From: Candidatus Omnitrophota bacterium
GTDB lineage: Bacteria > Omnitrophota > Gorgyraeia > Tantalellales > Tantalellaceae
DNA: 64,000 nucleotides
Reading direction: 5' to 3'
Assembly (NCBI GenBank): GCA_014728075.1
Contig: WJMG01000078.1
Coordinates: 2,668 to 66,667, forward strand
A model generated the notes under the pieces. That model was given only the letters and a program-made list of their open reading frames with translations. It did no database searches and had not been told where the DNA came from. Numbering within the stretch: the first letter of the stretch is position 1; every line of letters begins with the position of its first letter. Positions 18,822 to 28,369 of this stretch are shown here, piece after piece. The translations under genes were made by a program, and so were the position numbers.

Positions 18822-19178
18822 CTATTTTATGACCCACTCTTCGATTATTTCTCCCTTTTTCAAATGCCTTTCGATTATCTCCCTGGCCCTTTCGGGGTCC
18901 ACCTTTCCGTATTTCACGGGTATTTTTCCTTCTTCTATTACTTCGACCGTAGGCTCCAGGTTGCACCTTCCGGCACATCCTTTCTGGCTCAGGTAAACAT
19001 CGGTAAGCCCCTTTCTTACGGCTTCCTCGAATATCTGCATTATTTCTTTCGATCCTGCGGCGATCTCGCAGGTAGCCATGCCTACATAGACCCGTTTGGT
19101 CGAAAGATAACCTTTGCCTATTATCCGGTTGACCGCTTCAGCCCTTTTCTTTTTAATGTTGTCTATCGGTTTTACCAC
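18822..19178 (-). CDS. Thioredoxin-like [2Fe-2S] subunit (HydD/HndB-like)
   Basis: VGMATCEIAAGS, GCAGRCNLEP, IIERHL. Confidence 0.85.
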   Translation of the reverse strand: MVKPIDNIKKKRAEAVNRIIGKGYLSTKRVYVGMATCEIAAGSKEIMQIFEEAVRKGLTDVYLSQKGCAGRCNLEPTVEVIEEGKIPVKYGKVDPERAREIIERHLKKGEIIEEWVIK

Positions 19179-19189
19179 TTTTCCTCCTG

Positions 19190-21013
19190 CTATATTGTGA
19201 AAACAAAAGTATTACCCTTATCTCCCGGAAAAACATCGATGCTTCCTCCGTGGCTCTCTATTATTTCCCTTGTTATGAAAAGCCCCAGGCCTGTGCCTTT
19301 CTCCTTCTTTACCTCCTCTCCCTCCAGCCGTGAAAACCTCTTGAACAGTCTTTTCTTTTCCTGCGGGGTTATGGGCCTTCCGTCGTTATACACGCTGACC
19401 TCCGCCCCGCCTTCCGGACGGCGTACGGCCTTCACCTGTATCTTACCGTTTTTTTTCCCGTATTTTATTGCGTTGCTTATAAGATTGTTGGCCACTACCC
19501 TCATAAGGTCTTCATCGGCTTCAACCTCCATTGCTTCCGGGATATCTATTGCTACTTCTATTTCTTTAGCGCTTATCCTCTTGGCGAAAGTATCCACCGA
19601 AACATCAAAAATATCCTCTTTGATCTTCAGCGGTACCTTGTCCACCTTTATCTCCCCTTTCTCTATCCTGCTGAGGCTGAGGAAATTCTTAACGGTCGAG
19701 TCGAGATGGTCCAGGTTCCTTCCTATGGAATCCAGCGCCTTCTGCTGCTTGAAGTTAACCATGCCCAGAAAACCGTCCCGGACGGAATAAACATTCAGGA
19801 TGGCCGAGGACAGGATGCCCTTGAGCTCATGCGAAACGAAGCCGATCAGGTCAAGATAGCTTTTATTCAGGGCTTCCAGTTTGCGATTGGAAACTTTTAG
19901 CTCTCCGTAGCTCTCGCTGAGTTTCCTGGCCATATTGTTGAAAGAAGCCGATAGCTTGTTCAGTTCGGTTATAGCGGTATGCGGCCTGACCCGGCACTTC
20001 AGGTCGCCCGCGGATATCTTCTCCGTCGCTTTCAACATATCCTTGACCGGCCGCGAGATCACACCCGCCAGTAGAACAGAAAGAAATATGGCCATGACCA
20101 CGGCTCCCGAGACTATGAGCATGTACAACAGCAAAGAGTTCCTTGCTATGTCATGAAAGGGCTTCTCGAGAACACCAACATACAATATACCTATTATTGC
20201 GCCTTCAGGGTTCCGTATGGGCTCGTAGCCGGTAATATACCAGTCGTTCACCACGAAAGCCCTGTCCAGCCAGGTGCGCCCGTTCTTTACAACATTGTCA
20301 TAAACCTCTTCTGAAACCCTTGTCCCTATAGCCCGTTCGCCTTCGGCATTAAGCACATTTGTAGCTACCCTTACATCATCCTGAAAGATCGTGACCGTTC
20401 CCACCGGCCGGTCCTCGTATATCTTTTCTTCGAAAACCAGGTCCCTTATCTTGTCTACCAGTTCGTAATCCCGGTTGATTATCCTGCCCCCGACCATTAC
20501 CTGTTCTATCTTTCCTTCAGTATCCTCTACGGGTACGGCGTATTCTTTGACCATCAGGTCCTTAAGCACTTTCCTGGAACTCGGGCGCGCCTTTGGGGTA
20601 TACAGGATCCTTATCCCCTCCCCGGGCTCGATCCCCGGCTTAGGCCCTGCCCCGGCCAGTATGCGGACGCCTCCCGAAGGTAAGCCTTCAGCGGCTTTAC
20701 GAGCAAGAAGATTGGCGCTTTTCCCCGCTTCTTCGGCCGTAAGGCTGTAAACATAGTGCAGTTCCGCTTTGCTTTTTATCCATACGGGATCGGCGCCGGG
20801 GTCTACGAGGCTGAGCGCCTGCCCTATGTCCTTTATCTCCTCGTTAAAAACACTGGCGGCCGCCTTCAGGTCGTCGGTCACCTGGTCCTGGGCACGGTCG
20901 ATGACATTACTTTTTATCAGGTAAAAGCCCAGTGTCCCGGCCGATACCCCGAGAAAAAGTATCACCGTCATAAAAGACAGCAATATTGTCGTCTTAAGCG
21001 TCCGTGTCCTCAT
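19190..21013 (-). CDS. Cache-domain membrane sensor histidine kinase
   Basis: TIFQDDVRVATNV..RAIGTRVS..YITGYEPI Cache motif, HAMP, SHELK, NAIKY, GTGLGL. Confidence 0.92.
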   Translation of the reverse strand: MRTRTLKTTILLSFMTVILFLGVSAGTLGFYLIKSNVIDRAQDQVTDDLKAAASVFNEEIKDIGQALSLVDPGADPVWIKSKAELHYVYSLTAEEAGKSANLLARKAAEGLPSGGVRILAGAGPKPGIEPGEGIRILYTPKARPSSRKVLKDLMVKEYAVPVEDTEGKIEQVMVGGRIINRDYELVDKIRDLVFEEKIYEDRPVGTVTIFQDDVRVATNVLNAEGERAIGTRVSEEVYDNVVKNGRTWLDRAFVVNDWYITGYEPIRNPEGAIIGILYVGVLEKPFHDIARNSLLLYMLIVSGAVVMAIFLSVLLAGVISRPVKDMLKATEKISAGDLKCRVRPHTAITELNKLSASFNNMARKLSESYGELKVSNRKLEALNKSYLDLIGFVSHELKGILSSAILNVYSVRDGFLGMVNFKQQKALDSIGRNLDHLDSTVKNFLSLSRIEKGEIKVDKVPLKIKEDIFDVSVDTFAKRISAKEIEVAIDIPEAMEVEADEDLMRVVANNLISNAIKYGKKNGKIQVKAVRRPEGGAEVSVYNDGRPITPQEKKRLFKRFSRLEGEEVKKEKGTGLGLFITREIIESHGGSIDVFPGDKGNTFVFTI

Positions 21014-21635
21014 TGATCACGCCTTTTTTGTCCGTGTTTATGAAATAAATTATGTTTTCCAGCTCCAGGCCCAGATTCACATTGTTTATAACGGTATCCT
21101 CCTCGCCCTTGAGATTAATGGGCGCGAAGTTGAGGATCCCTTTTATCCCGGCTGATACCATTATTTCAAGCACCTGCTGAGCAGCTATATCCGGCACGGC
21201 TATTATGCCCACCCTTATTCCGTGCTCTTTTACATACCCCCTCATCTTATCCAGCTGAAGCACGGGTATCTTTTCATCCGCATTGTACTTGGCGGGATCT
21301 ATATCAAATCCCGCTACTATCCTTATGTTCTCCTTTTCAAATCCCCGGTAATTCATCATGGCGGTGCCGATATGTCCGGTCCCGACCACGATAACATCCT
21401 GGACCTTGTCCTTGCCGAGTATCTTATTAAGCTTTTCAACCAGTTCGGCGACCGTATACCCTCCTCTTTTGTTTCCTGATATACCGAACATCGAAAAATC
21501 TTTTCTTACCTGGGCGGGGGTAACCCCCACCGCATCCGCGAGATTATCCGAAAAGACCTTTACAAAGCCCATTTTCTTTAGTCTATATAACGCGTTTTTA
21601 TATTTGGATAACCGTATTATCGTTCTTTTGCTCAT
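20994..21635 (-). CDS. rex: Redox-sensing repressor Rex
   Basis: RLSKY, QVRKDFS..G.SG.KRGGY, Rossmann GTGHIG, GILNFAP. Confidence 0.95.
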   Translation of the reverse strand: MSKRTIIRLSKYKNALYRLKKMGFVKVFSDNLADAVGVTPAQVRKDFSMFGISGNKRGGYTVAELVEKLNKILGKDKVQDVIVVGTGHIGTAMMNYRGFEKENIRIVAGFDIDPAKYNADEKIPVLQLDKMRGYVKEHGIRVGIIAVPDIAAQQVLEIMVSAGIKGILNFAPINLKGEEDTVINNVNLGLELENIIYFINTDKKGVINEDTDA

Positions 21636-21639
21636 ATTA

Positions 21640-21720
21640 TTGTTCCTTTATTCACATTATTCTGCATAAATTTTACCATTTATCAGCAGAAAGTCAACCT
21701 TTTTGTGATTTTTTTCACAT
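21640..21720 (-). promoter_or_regulatory. rex/hyd promoter with Rex operators
   Basis: TTGTGATTTTTTTCACAT (21703-21720) and a weaker TTGTTCCTTTATTCACAT (21640-21657) match TTGTGAAn4TTCACAA. Minus-strand TTGACT-16-TAAAAT with extended TG lies between them. Confidence 0.8.
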
Positions 21721-21765
21721 TTTTTATCCAGAAAAAGGCACTCCCGTGCCTTTTTTCTGGATCAT

Positions 21766-23139
21766 TTAAAGCTCTCTCGGAGGCTTTCCCGCTCTCCAGT
21801 GCTCTTCGATATCCTCCAGTTTATGCCCTTTGGTCTCCGGAACAAAGAAAAAACAAAAAAGCCATCCCGCTATCCCCAATCCCGAGTACAACCAGAATGT
21901 CCCGGCCTTGCCCAGCTTTTCTATAAGCGTAAGAAAGGTCATCGCTATAACCAGGTTAAAAGCCCAGTTGCACATGGTGCTCAAGCTCATCGCTCTTCCC
22001 CTTATCTTGAGAGGAAAGACTTCGGCGATTATCAGCCAGGCAATGGGCCCGAGACTAACGGCAAAAGACGCTATATAAAGCATGAGGCTGCCTACGGCTA
22101 CCCACTTCAGCGCCCCCGAAAGACTGGCCATGTTGAAGGCGAAACCGAGAGCCCCGAGGCTAATGACCATTCCAGCAAGGCCCCAGAAAAGAAGCTTGCG
22201 TCTTCCCACTCTGTCGACCAGTTTTATGGCTACCACGGTCATAAGAACATTAACTATCCCTACTCCCATCGTGGCAAGTATCGCTACCTGCGCCGAACCG
22301 AACCCCGCGAACCCGAATATTGTAGGAGCGTAATATATTACCGTATTTATGCCCGTTATCTGCTGAAAGAACATTATCCCTATCCCTATTACCAGCGGCA
22401 TCCTTAGCCAGGGCTGAAAAAGCTCTTTCCATCCGCCGCTTTCTTCCGTAAGGGATCTGCGGATATCGGATATTTCCTCTTCTATGTTATCGTCCTTTTG
22501 TCTGATCTTTCCCAGAACTTCCCTTGCCCTGTCAACGAGGGAACGGCTCATCAGCCATCTGGGGCTGGCCGGGAGAAAGGATATACCTATACCCAGCAGG
22601 ATCGCCGGCACGGCTCCTACCGCGAACATCCATCGCCATTCATGCCTGCCGGCGAATAAGTAGTCGATAAGATAGGAAAGGACAATGCCGCAGGTAATGG
22701 CCAGCTGGTTGAGGGAAACCAGAGCCCCCCGTATGTTCGGAGGGGACACCTCGGAGATATACAGCGGCGCGGCGAAAGAGGCTATCCCGATCGCTATCCC
22801 TATGACGACCCGTCCCGCCACCAGAAACCCCACCCCGGGCGCCAGGGCGGTCGCCAGAGAGCCCAGCACGAAGATCACGGCCGTGGCGATTATTATTTTT
22901 TTACGGCCGAACATGTCCGAGAGCTGTCCGCTCAAAGCGGCACCCGCTATGGCTCCCACCAGAACGGCGCTCACCACGACCTCTTCCGAAGCCGAAGTAA
23001 GGGCAAACTGGTCCTTCAGAAAAAGCACGGCTCCGGAGATAACCCCCGTATCGTACCCGAAAAGCAATCCCGCCAGCGCCGCGACTCCCGCGGCGACATA
23101 AACGAACAGGTTCTCTTTACCTCCCGGCTTCTGCTCCAT
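21766..23139 (-). CDS. Sugar porter family MFS transporter
   Basis: GLLFGYDTGVISGA, DMFGRK, PLYISE, QQITGINT, VDRVGRR, PETKG. Confidence 0.95.
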   Translation of the reverse strand: MEQKPGGKENLFVYVAAGVAALAGLLFGYDTGVISGAVLFLKDQFALTSASEEVVVSAVLVGAIAGAALSGQLSDMFGRKKIIIATAVIFVLGSLATALAPGVGFLVAGRVVIGIAIGIASFAAPLYISEVSPPNIRGALVSLNQLAITCGIVLSYLIDYLFAGRHEWRWMFAVGAVPAILLGIGISFLPASPRWLMSRSLVDRAREVLGKIRQKDDNIEEEISDIRRSLTEESGGWKELFQPWLRMPLVIGIGIMFFQQITGINTVIYYAPTIFGFAGFGSAQVAILATMGVGIVNVLMTVVAIKLVDRVGRRKLLFWGLAGMVISLGALGFAFNMASLSGALKWVAVGSLMLYIASFAVSLGPIAWLIIAEVFPLKIRGRAMSLSTMCNWAFNLVIAMTFLTLIEKLGKAGTFWLYSGLGIAGWLFCFFFVPETKGHKLEDIEEHWRAGKPPREL

Positions 23140-23213
23140 GGCGTCTCCTTCGGTTGCGCTCTTTTAGAGAGCAAGTTGAAAATTTACAGCAAAACGGACG
23201 GCCCCGGACTTCT

Positions 23214-24314
23214 TCACGGGCCGTAACGGCTTCTTCTCTTTCTTTCCCCTGATACTTTTTCCCGCTCGAGCACGCCGCTGACCGCGTCCGTCCACGATCC
23301 GTCCCCGTGCGCTTGCAGGCAATACAGCCAGTATTCCGCTCCCCATAAAAGTATAGTGTCAAAACCTATATTTTCAAATTCGCTTACCGCTTTTACGGCT
23401 TTTCCGGGGTCACAGCTCGGAGGATGTCCTTTCTTTTTATACACAAGATGTCCCGGCTCCCACGGCTCCGCCTGCAGCTCGACTATCCATGGCTCTTTCC
23501 CGGCATCGAGGCTTTTTTCGTAAAGCGCCGTAAAATACTTTTCCCTGCCGGGTTCCGTGGTCTTCCAGTAAAGATCGAACCACCAGAGCCTGTGCCCCAC
23601 CGTGGGGTATATATTGTATCCTATTATATCGCACAGTTCTAAACACTCTTCTATGGCGTCGTGCTTTACGGATGCCCTGGCCAAGATCCTCAGCAATGTA
23701 TTTGGATAAGTAGCCGCGGTTAAAAGTATTTTTCTTCTGCCTCCGTCAAGTATCCTTACCAGGTCCACTTCCCGCTCGAGAAAATCCCTTCCTATATACC
23801 AGGACCTTCCTCCGAACCTGTTGAGGGGCTCGTTCTCGACCTGCCACACTTTGATGATCTCCCGCTCCCTGTAACGCTTTACTACCCTCGTTACGAACTC
23901 GAGGGTCTTTTTTCTTAAAAGGCTATCTTCAGAAACATCCCTTCCGTAAGGAAGGTCCGCCTTCCGTTCAAGCCATGCGGGAATGAAATATTCGGGCCAT
24001 CGCGGGGCTTTCATCCCGACCGTAAGGATGACGGGGACTTTTTTCCTCTCCGCGAGGTCTATCTGGCGGTCCAGCTCACTGAAATCAAAGACACCTTCCT
24101 TTTTTTCTATCCGGCTCCAGTAAGCGCCCAGTCTGATAATATCGAACCCCATCTCCAGCACCGAGCCTAAGACCTCTTCCCCGGACATCTCAAGGTATTC
24201 CCTCTGTACGGGACTGAAGGTCGTGCCTATCCTGTCCGCGCGTGCGCCCGCTGCTGACGGGACACAAAACAAGAGCGTGAAAACAGTAATTATTGTACGG
24301 CTAAGCAAAGTCAT
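23214..24314 (-). CDS. Exported clan GH-A glycoside hydrolase (GH42/GH5-like)
   Basis: Signal peptide; IRLGAYWSRIE..GVFDF, PRWPE, WQVENEP (acid/base), IVELQAEPW (nucleophile); GGGAGG RBS. Confidence 0.8.
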   Translation of the reverse strand: MTLLSRTIITVFTLLFCVPSAAGARADRIGTTFSPVQREYLEMSGEEVLGSVLEMGFDIIRLGAYWSRIEKKEGVFDFSELDRQIDLAERKKVPVILTVGMKAPRWPEYFIPAWLERKADLPYGRDVSEDSLLRKKTLEFVTRVVKRYREREIIKVWQVENEPLNRFGGRSWYIGRDFLEREVDLVRILDGGRRKILLTAATYPNTLLRILARASVKHDAIEECLELCDIIGYNIYPTVGHRLWWFDLYWKTTEPGREKYFTALYEKSLDAGKEPWIVELQAEPWEPGHLVYKKKGHPPSCDPGKAVKAVSEFENIGFDTILLWGAEYWLYCLQAHGDGSWTDAVSGVLEREKVSGERKRRSRYGP

Positions 24315-24375
24315 AAGAACCCTCCCGGTCCACCTTGCCCCGTTCACGGCAGTTCCGGTCCCGGCATCTTAAGCG

Positions 24376-26058
24376 TCAGCGTGTCAAAGTATCAGGCTCC
24401 CGCCCTTCGGCAGACCGACCGCTTCCTCTTCCCTTTTCGGTGACCCAAAAGGTCATATACTTTCCCAGCATCAGGCGTGTCTGAGCGTCAAGTGCCGGTA
24501 GCGCGCTGAAAAAGATTATGGTAAAAGGCATAAGAAGCCACTGCAGGGCGTAACCGGCCCTTCTAAAGAGGTTTTTTTTGTCTTTCATCGGGGGCAGCAG
24601 GCACAGGCTCAGCGCTATACTGGTCAACAAGGAGATCGACGCCAGGTTAAAGATGGTTCCCGTAATACGGGGCGCGCTGTAATAGAAAACAGTATGTGAA
24701 TAATCCTTCCCCGCGAAAAACGCCGGCAGCCAGCCGATTATTGTCAGCAGGAAGGCCCAGGTGGTCCAGGAAACATGTCCTTCGAACAATTTAAATGCAT
24801 ACTTGAACTTCCTGGTCAAAGAGATCTTACGGTCCTTGAGGAAGCCCCTTACCACTATAGGAAAGTTCTCCACCCCCCAGGCCCATCTTCTTTTCTGTTT
24901 ATATACATTTTTCAGTGTATGCCACCAATTGTCCGCCACGACCGCGTCCATTGACACGGTCGTGTACATGGGAACGGCCTTGTAATTCCCGTCAAAACGC
25001 AGAAAAGCCTTCCAGAATATGGCCGAATCGTCCGATATCATATCCACCGGCCAGTATCCCGTTTCAACCAGGGCCTTGAAACTCATGCTGTGGCTTGAAA
25101 AAGTAACGAGCGTTTCCGGATTAGTAGCTTCTATCAGCTGAAAAAAGGACGACCCGGCCTCAAGCACCCTGGTTATCCCCGGGGCATCCCAGATATTGTT
25201 ATTATAAACAGGTACGGGCTGGAAGCTGGACCTTTCTCTTTCCGGATCGGCCATAAAGTAATATGTCAGCGCGGCGAAATAATCGGGTTTTATGACCGTA
25301 TCGGAATCAAAACAGGACGAGATCACATTCCTGTAAGGTATGTGCTTTCCCTTCAGGTATTCCGCGGCTTTTTTCGCGGCATTTGTGGTATTAGCTCCCT
25401 TTGCCCTGGCTTCACCTTCTATGCCGTCCGGGTGGTACTCTACGAGGAAGTCGCAAAAAGCGCTAGAGTATTTTTCCCGGATCTCTTCCGCGCCTTTTTT
25501 TACCTCTTCATCGGCCCTTTCCTCAACTGCCAGGATCACAATGATCCTTTCCGGGGGGAAAACGCTGCGGGCTATGCTGTTTATCCCGGGCTCAACAACA
25601 TCTTTGGCCTCACCGGCTACCGGGACAATGACAAGGTGGTATATCTCCGAGAAAAGCGGCGGCCTCTCCCCCTGTCTTCTAAGACGCTGCAGGTCTTTGA
25701 GATAGCAATAGGCCGAAAGTCTTTCCTTAAGACCGTCCTTCCGGGGAGCTTGTTCAAGCTGTTCCAGGGTCTCCTCAAGCCGGTCAACGCTCCGGGCCCT
25801 TTTCAGCCAGTCGGTATCCCTTTCGGAAGCCAGGCGTAAATAGGAGAGAATCAGGAAAAATGTCATATACAGAAGCTTGAGAAGCCAGTACAGATAAAAC
25901 GCTATTATTATGACGGCCGCGTAAAGCGGATAAAACCGGGCCAACACCGCCATGCCGATCATTATCCCCCAGCTGGCGGCTCCGGGAACTATTTCCAACA
26001 CCCTCTGAACGACTTTTTCCCCGCCCGTGAGCCCCTGGGCCGTGAACTCGAAATTCAT
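24376..26058 (-). CDS. Membrane-embedded processive GT2 glycan synthase
   Basis: Two N-terminal and several C-terminal TM segments; AKGAN, FDSD (DxD), FQP, SDD, QKRRW (QxxRW). Confidence 0.88.
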   Translation of the reverse strand: MNFEFTAQGLTGGEKVVQRVLEIVPGAASWGIMIGMAVLARFYPLYAAVIIIAFYLYWLLKLLYMTFFLILSYLRLASERDTDWLKRARSVDRLEETLEQLEQAPRKDGLKERLSAYCYLKDLQRLRRQGERPPLFSEIYHLVIVPVAGEAKDVVEPGINSIARSVFPPERIIVILAVEERADEEVKKGAEEIREKYSSAFCDFLVEYHPDGIEGEARAKGANTTNAAKKAAEYLKGKHIPYRNVISSCFDSDTVIKPDYFAALTYYFMADPERERSSFQPVPVYNNNIWDAPGITRVLEAGSSFFQLIEATNPETLVTFSSHSMSFKALVETGYWPVDMISDDSAIFWKAFLRFDGNYKAVPMYTTVSMDAVVADNWWHTLKNVYKQKRRWAWGVENFPIVVRGFLKDRKISLTRKFKYAFKLFEGHVSWTTWAFLLTIIGWLPAFFAGKDYSHTVFYYSAPRITGTIFNLASISLLTSIALSLCLLPPMKDKKNLFRRAGYALQWLLMPFTIIFFSALPALDAQTRLMLGKYMTFWVTEKGRGSGRSAEGREPDTLTR

Positions 26059-27518
26059 CTTTCCTCCGCCTTTGCCGCTTTTTCCCTGCCGGAGCCCTGT
26101 TCAAAGGGGTCCGGGACCAGGCTGGCCTCGGGCACCAGAGTTACGGAATTAAGGTTTCCCTTTTCTCTGTCGATAAAATATATCTTCCCCTCTTCCTCCG
26201 AGTAATATACCGAAGATCCCGGCTTCACTTCCAGAAGAAATCCCCCGGAGTTCTTTCCGTAAGCTTCCACTCCGGCAAGATGTACTTCGCTGCCCTGCCG
26301 GTATACGGCATGCGACGCCCCGTAAGCGAAAAACGCCTGGCTCATCTCTTTTTTGTCCCGGCACATCCAAAACATCCGGGGAGCCTTCTCAAAAGTCACT
26401 TCGCCCGTCTGTTCAAAGGAAAGGTCGAGAACCCCCACCGCATCCCTCCGCAAAACGAGAAGTCTTTGCTCCTGCCGGTCATACTCTATATCCAGAGTGC
26501 CTGTTTCAACGAAACGATACGGGAGTTTGTTAGACAAAAGCTCTCCGTCCGGCCCTATGAAAAAAAGCAGGTCCTCCCCAAAAGGATACACTTCGTATGT
26601 TTTTTCCGGCTTGAAGATGCTTGAAAAGATCTCTTCGTCATCAAGGATGGAGCTCCTGGCTTCTCCCGAAAGATCGGTCCTGAAAATCGTATTTTCGCCT
26701 ATAGCGTATATGTGAGAGGACTCTATTCCGAACCCCGAAACACCTTTCATAAAACCGGGATAGACCGCGCCTTCCTTCAGGTCCGCTTTTATAAGCTCTG
26801 CCCCTGAAAGAAAGAACACCAGTTCCGGCTTGTCCGGGTCCCATTTGCAGCCTTCTGGCCCGCCGCGCAGAAGTTCGGTGACATCCTCTACCACGGCCTT
26901 GTTCCCTGTCAGCCCGGCCCGGTATATCCTTTTTCCTGACGGTGTTTCCGCGCGAAAAAGAATACCGGAGCTGCCTCTTACCGTATTAACCTCTGTTATA
27001 TCCGGTATCGCGGCGGCGTCCCTGCCCGAAAAGAGCGGATAAGCGCTGTCGGCTTTGTAATCATATACCGTGGTCCGGCCGCCCGCGTTCCCGGCCTTAA
27101 GCAGAAAATATCCGCTTGCCTGTACGGGGATCAGGTCTTCGAAGGGGCCGCCGAGTATCGGGGCTATGTCCCACTTTTCAGGCAGAAGAAGTATCTTGTC
27201 CAGGACCGTGGCCTCTTCCTTCTGCACCGGGATAACGGCCTGCCAGTGCCTGTAACCCTCGAGAGAGATCCTTACGGAATAGTCCCCGGAAGTAAGCTCC
27301 TGGATAAGCGCCGGGGTCTTTTGTGCCTGTTCTTCGCCGTTAACGAAAACGGACCCGCCCTGCGGATTCGTTGAAAGGTAGATCGCTCCGGTCTTAACGA
27401 AGCCTTTTTGCGTTTCCGGACTGTAGATATACCCCAGGGCGTAAAGAATGAGGAGCGGACAGAGCACCGCGTAAACAGCGGCGACAATATAAAACAATAT
27501 TCTTCTCAGGAACTGCAT
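26055..27518 (-). CDS. PEGA-domain membrane-anchored protein with probable beta-propeller
   Basis: RRILFY-TM-LYALGY, KTGAIYLSTNPQGGSVFVNG..KTP..LTSGDYSVRISLEGY PEGA motif; ATGA overlap with the GT2 gene. Confidence 0.8.
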   Translation of the reverse strand: MQFLRRILFYIVAAVYAVLCPLLILYALGYIYSPETQKGFVKTGAIYLSTNPQGGSVFVNGEEQAQKTPALIQELTSGDYSVRISLEGYRHWQAVIPVQKEEATVLDKILLLPEKWDIAPILGGPFEDLIPVQASGYFLLKAGNAGGRTTVYDYKADSAYPLFSGRDAAAIPDITEVNTVRGSSGILFRAETPSGKRIYRAGLTGNKAVVEDVTELLRGGPEGCKWDPDKPELVFFLSGAELIKADLKEGAVYPGFMKGVSGFGIESSHIYAIGENTIFRTDLSGEARSSILDDEEIFSSIFKPEKTYEVYPFGEDLLFFIGPDGELLSNKLPYRFVETGTLDIEYDRQEQRLLVLRRDAVGVLDLSFEQTGEVTFEKAPRMFWMCRDKKEMSQAFFAYGASHAVYRQGSEVHLAGVEAYGKNSGGFLLEVKPGSSVYYSEEEGKIYFIDREKGNLNSVTLVPEASLVPDPFEQGSGREKAAKAEER

Positions 27519-27643
27519 ATGCCTTCCCGGGGAAAAGACAGAAAGGAGATCAAGGCCCGGCGCCTGTGAGGCCACTTGTCTAATTATATATTATTATGCG
27601 CCTGTTGAGAAGCCGCGCCCGTTCTCCCGGCGAAAAGCCTGTC

Positions 27644-28315
27644 TTAAAAGGTCAGATTAAGCTTAGCCCCTATGACATTAGCGTCTTTCCATCCTTCTTT
27701 CAACCGGTCGGACTGCGACATGTAATAAAGGTCTATCTCCGCGCCCTTGAACAGGGCTGCCTTTAACCCGGCATATACCCTGTTCCGGCCTATTCTTTTA
27801 TCGCTGAAAGTGAAGAATATCTCGTCCCCGAGATAGGGAGAGTACTTGAATTTTTTGAAGGAGAGGGGAAAATAAACGAGTGTTTTGTTCCTGAATCGCC
27901 AGCTGTCTTGCTTTTCCGCGTCTTCCCGTATCCTGTATTCCAACCGGGCCCGGTCCTTTACAAGGACTCCTTTCCATTTCACTGTTCCCGTAAGATTAAA
28001 GTGAGGGCGGTGTTCCGCGTACCACTTATCCCCGCTCTTACTGTAGGCCTGCCGGTAATTGAATCCGGCCGACAACCATTTTTCGATCTTTCGGGAAAGC
28101 CCGGCATCGGTATGCATATAGGTGAGAGTGCCCATGTCGCCGGTCCACCAGAGCTCTTCCTCCAGCTTGACCTTCCAGGCGTCGCTTATCTTATAGCTTA
28201 CACTGTCCGTCTGCCAGAACTGCCAGTCGCCGTCCTCGGCCCCGTAAACCGGCCCCGAGATCAGGCAAAGACACAGAGCGGTCACGGCCGCCGTCAGTAA
28301 CTTCTTCATCCGCAC
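27644..28315 (-). CDS. Outer-membrane beta-barrel (DUF2490-like)
   Basis: Signal peptide, EHRP, DRARLEYR, RNRVYAG, C-terminal Phe. Confidence 0.75.
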   Translation of the reverse strand: MRMKKLLTAAVTALCLCLISGPVYGAEDGDWQFWQTDSVSYKISDAWKVKLEEELWWTGDMGTLTYMHTDAGLSRKIEKWLSAGFNYRQAYSKSGDKWYAEHRPHFNLTGTVKWKGVLVKDRARLEYRIREDAEKQDSWRFRNKTLVYFPLSFKKFKYSPYLGDEIFFTFSDKRIGRNRVYAGLKAALFKGAEIDLYYMSQSDRLKEGWKDANVIGAKLNLTF

Positions 28316-28369
28316 CTCCCGGTAATTACAGATAATGATACCAGAAGGTTCCTTTTTTTGCTATTTTTT

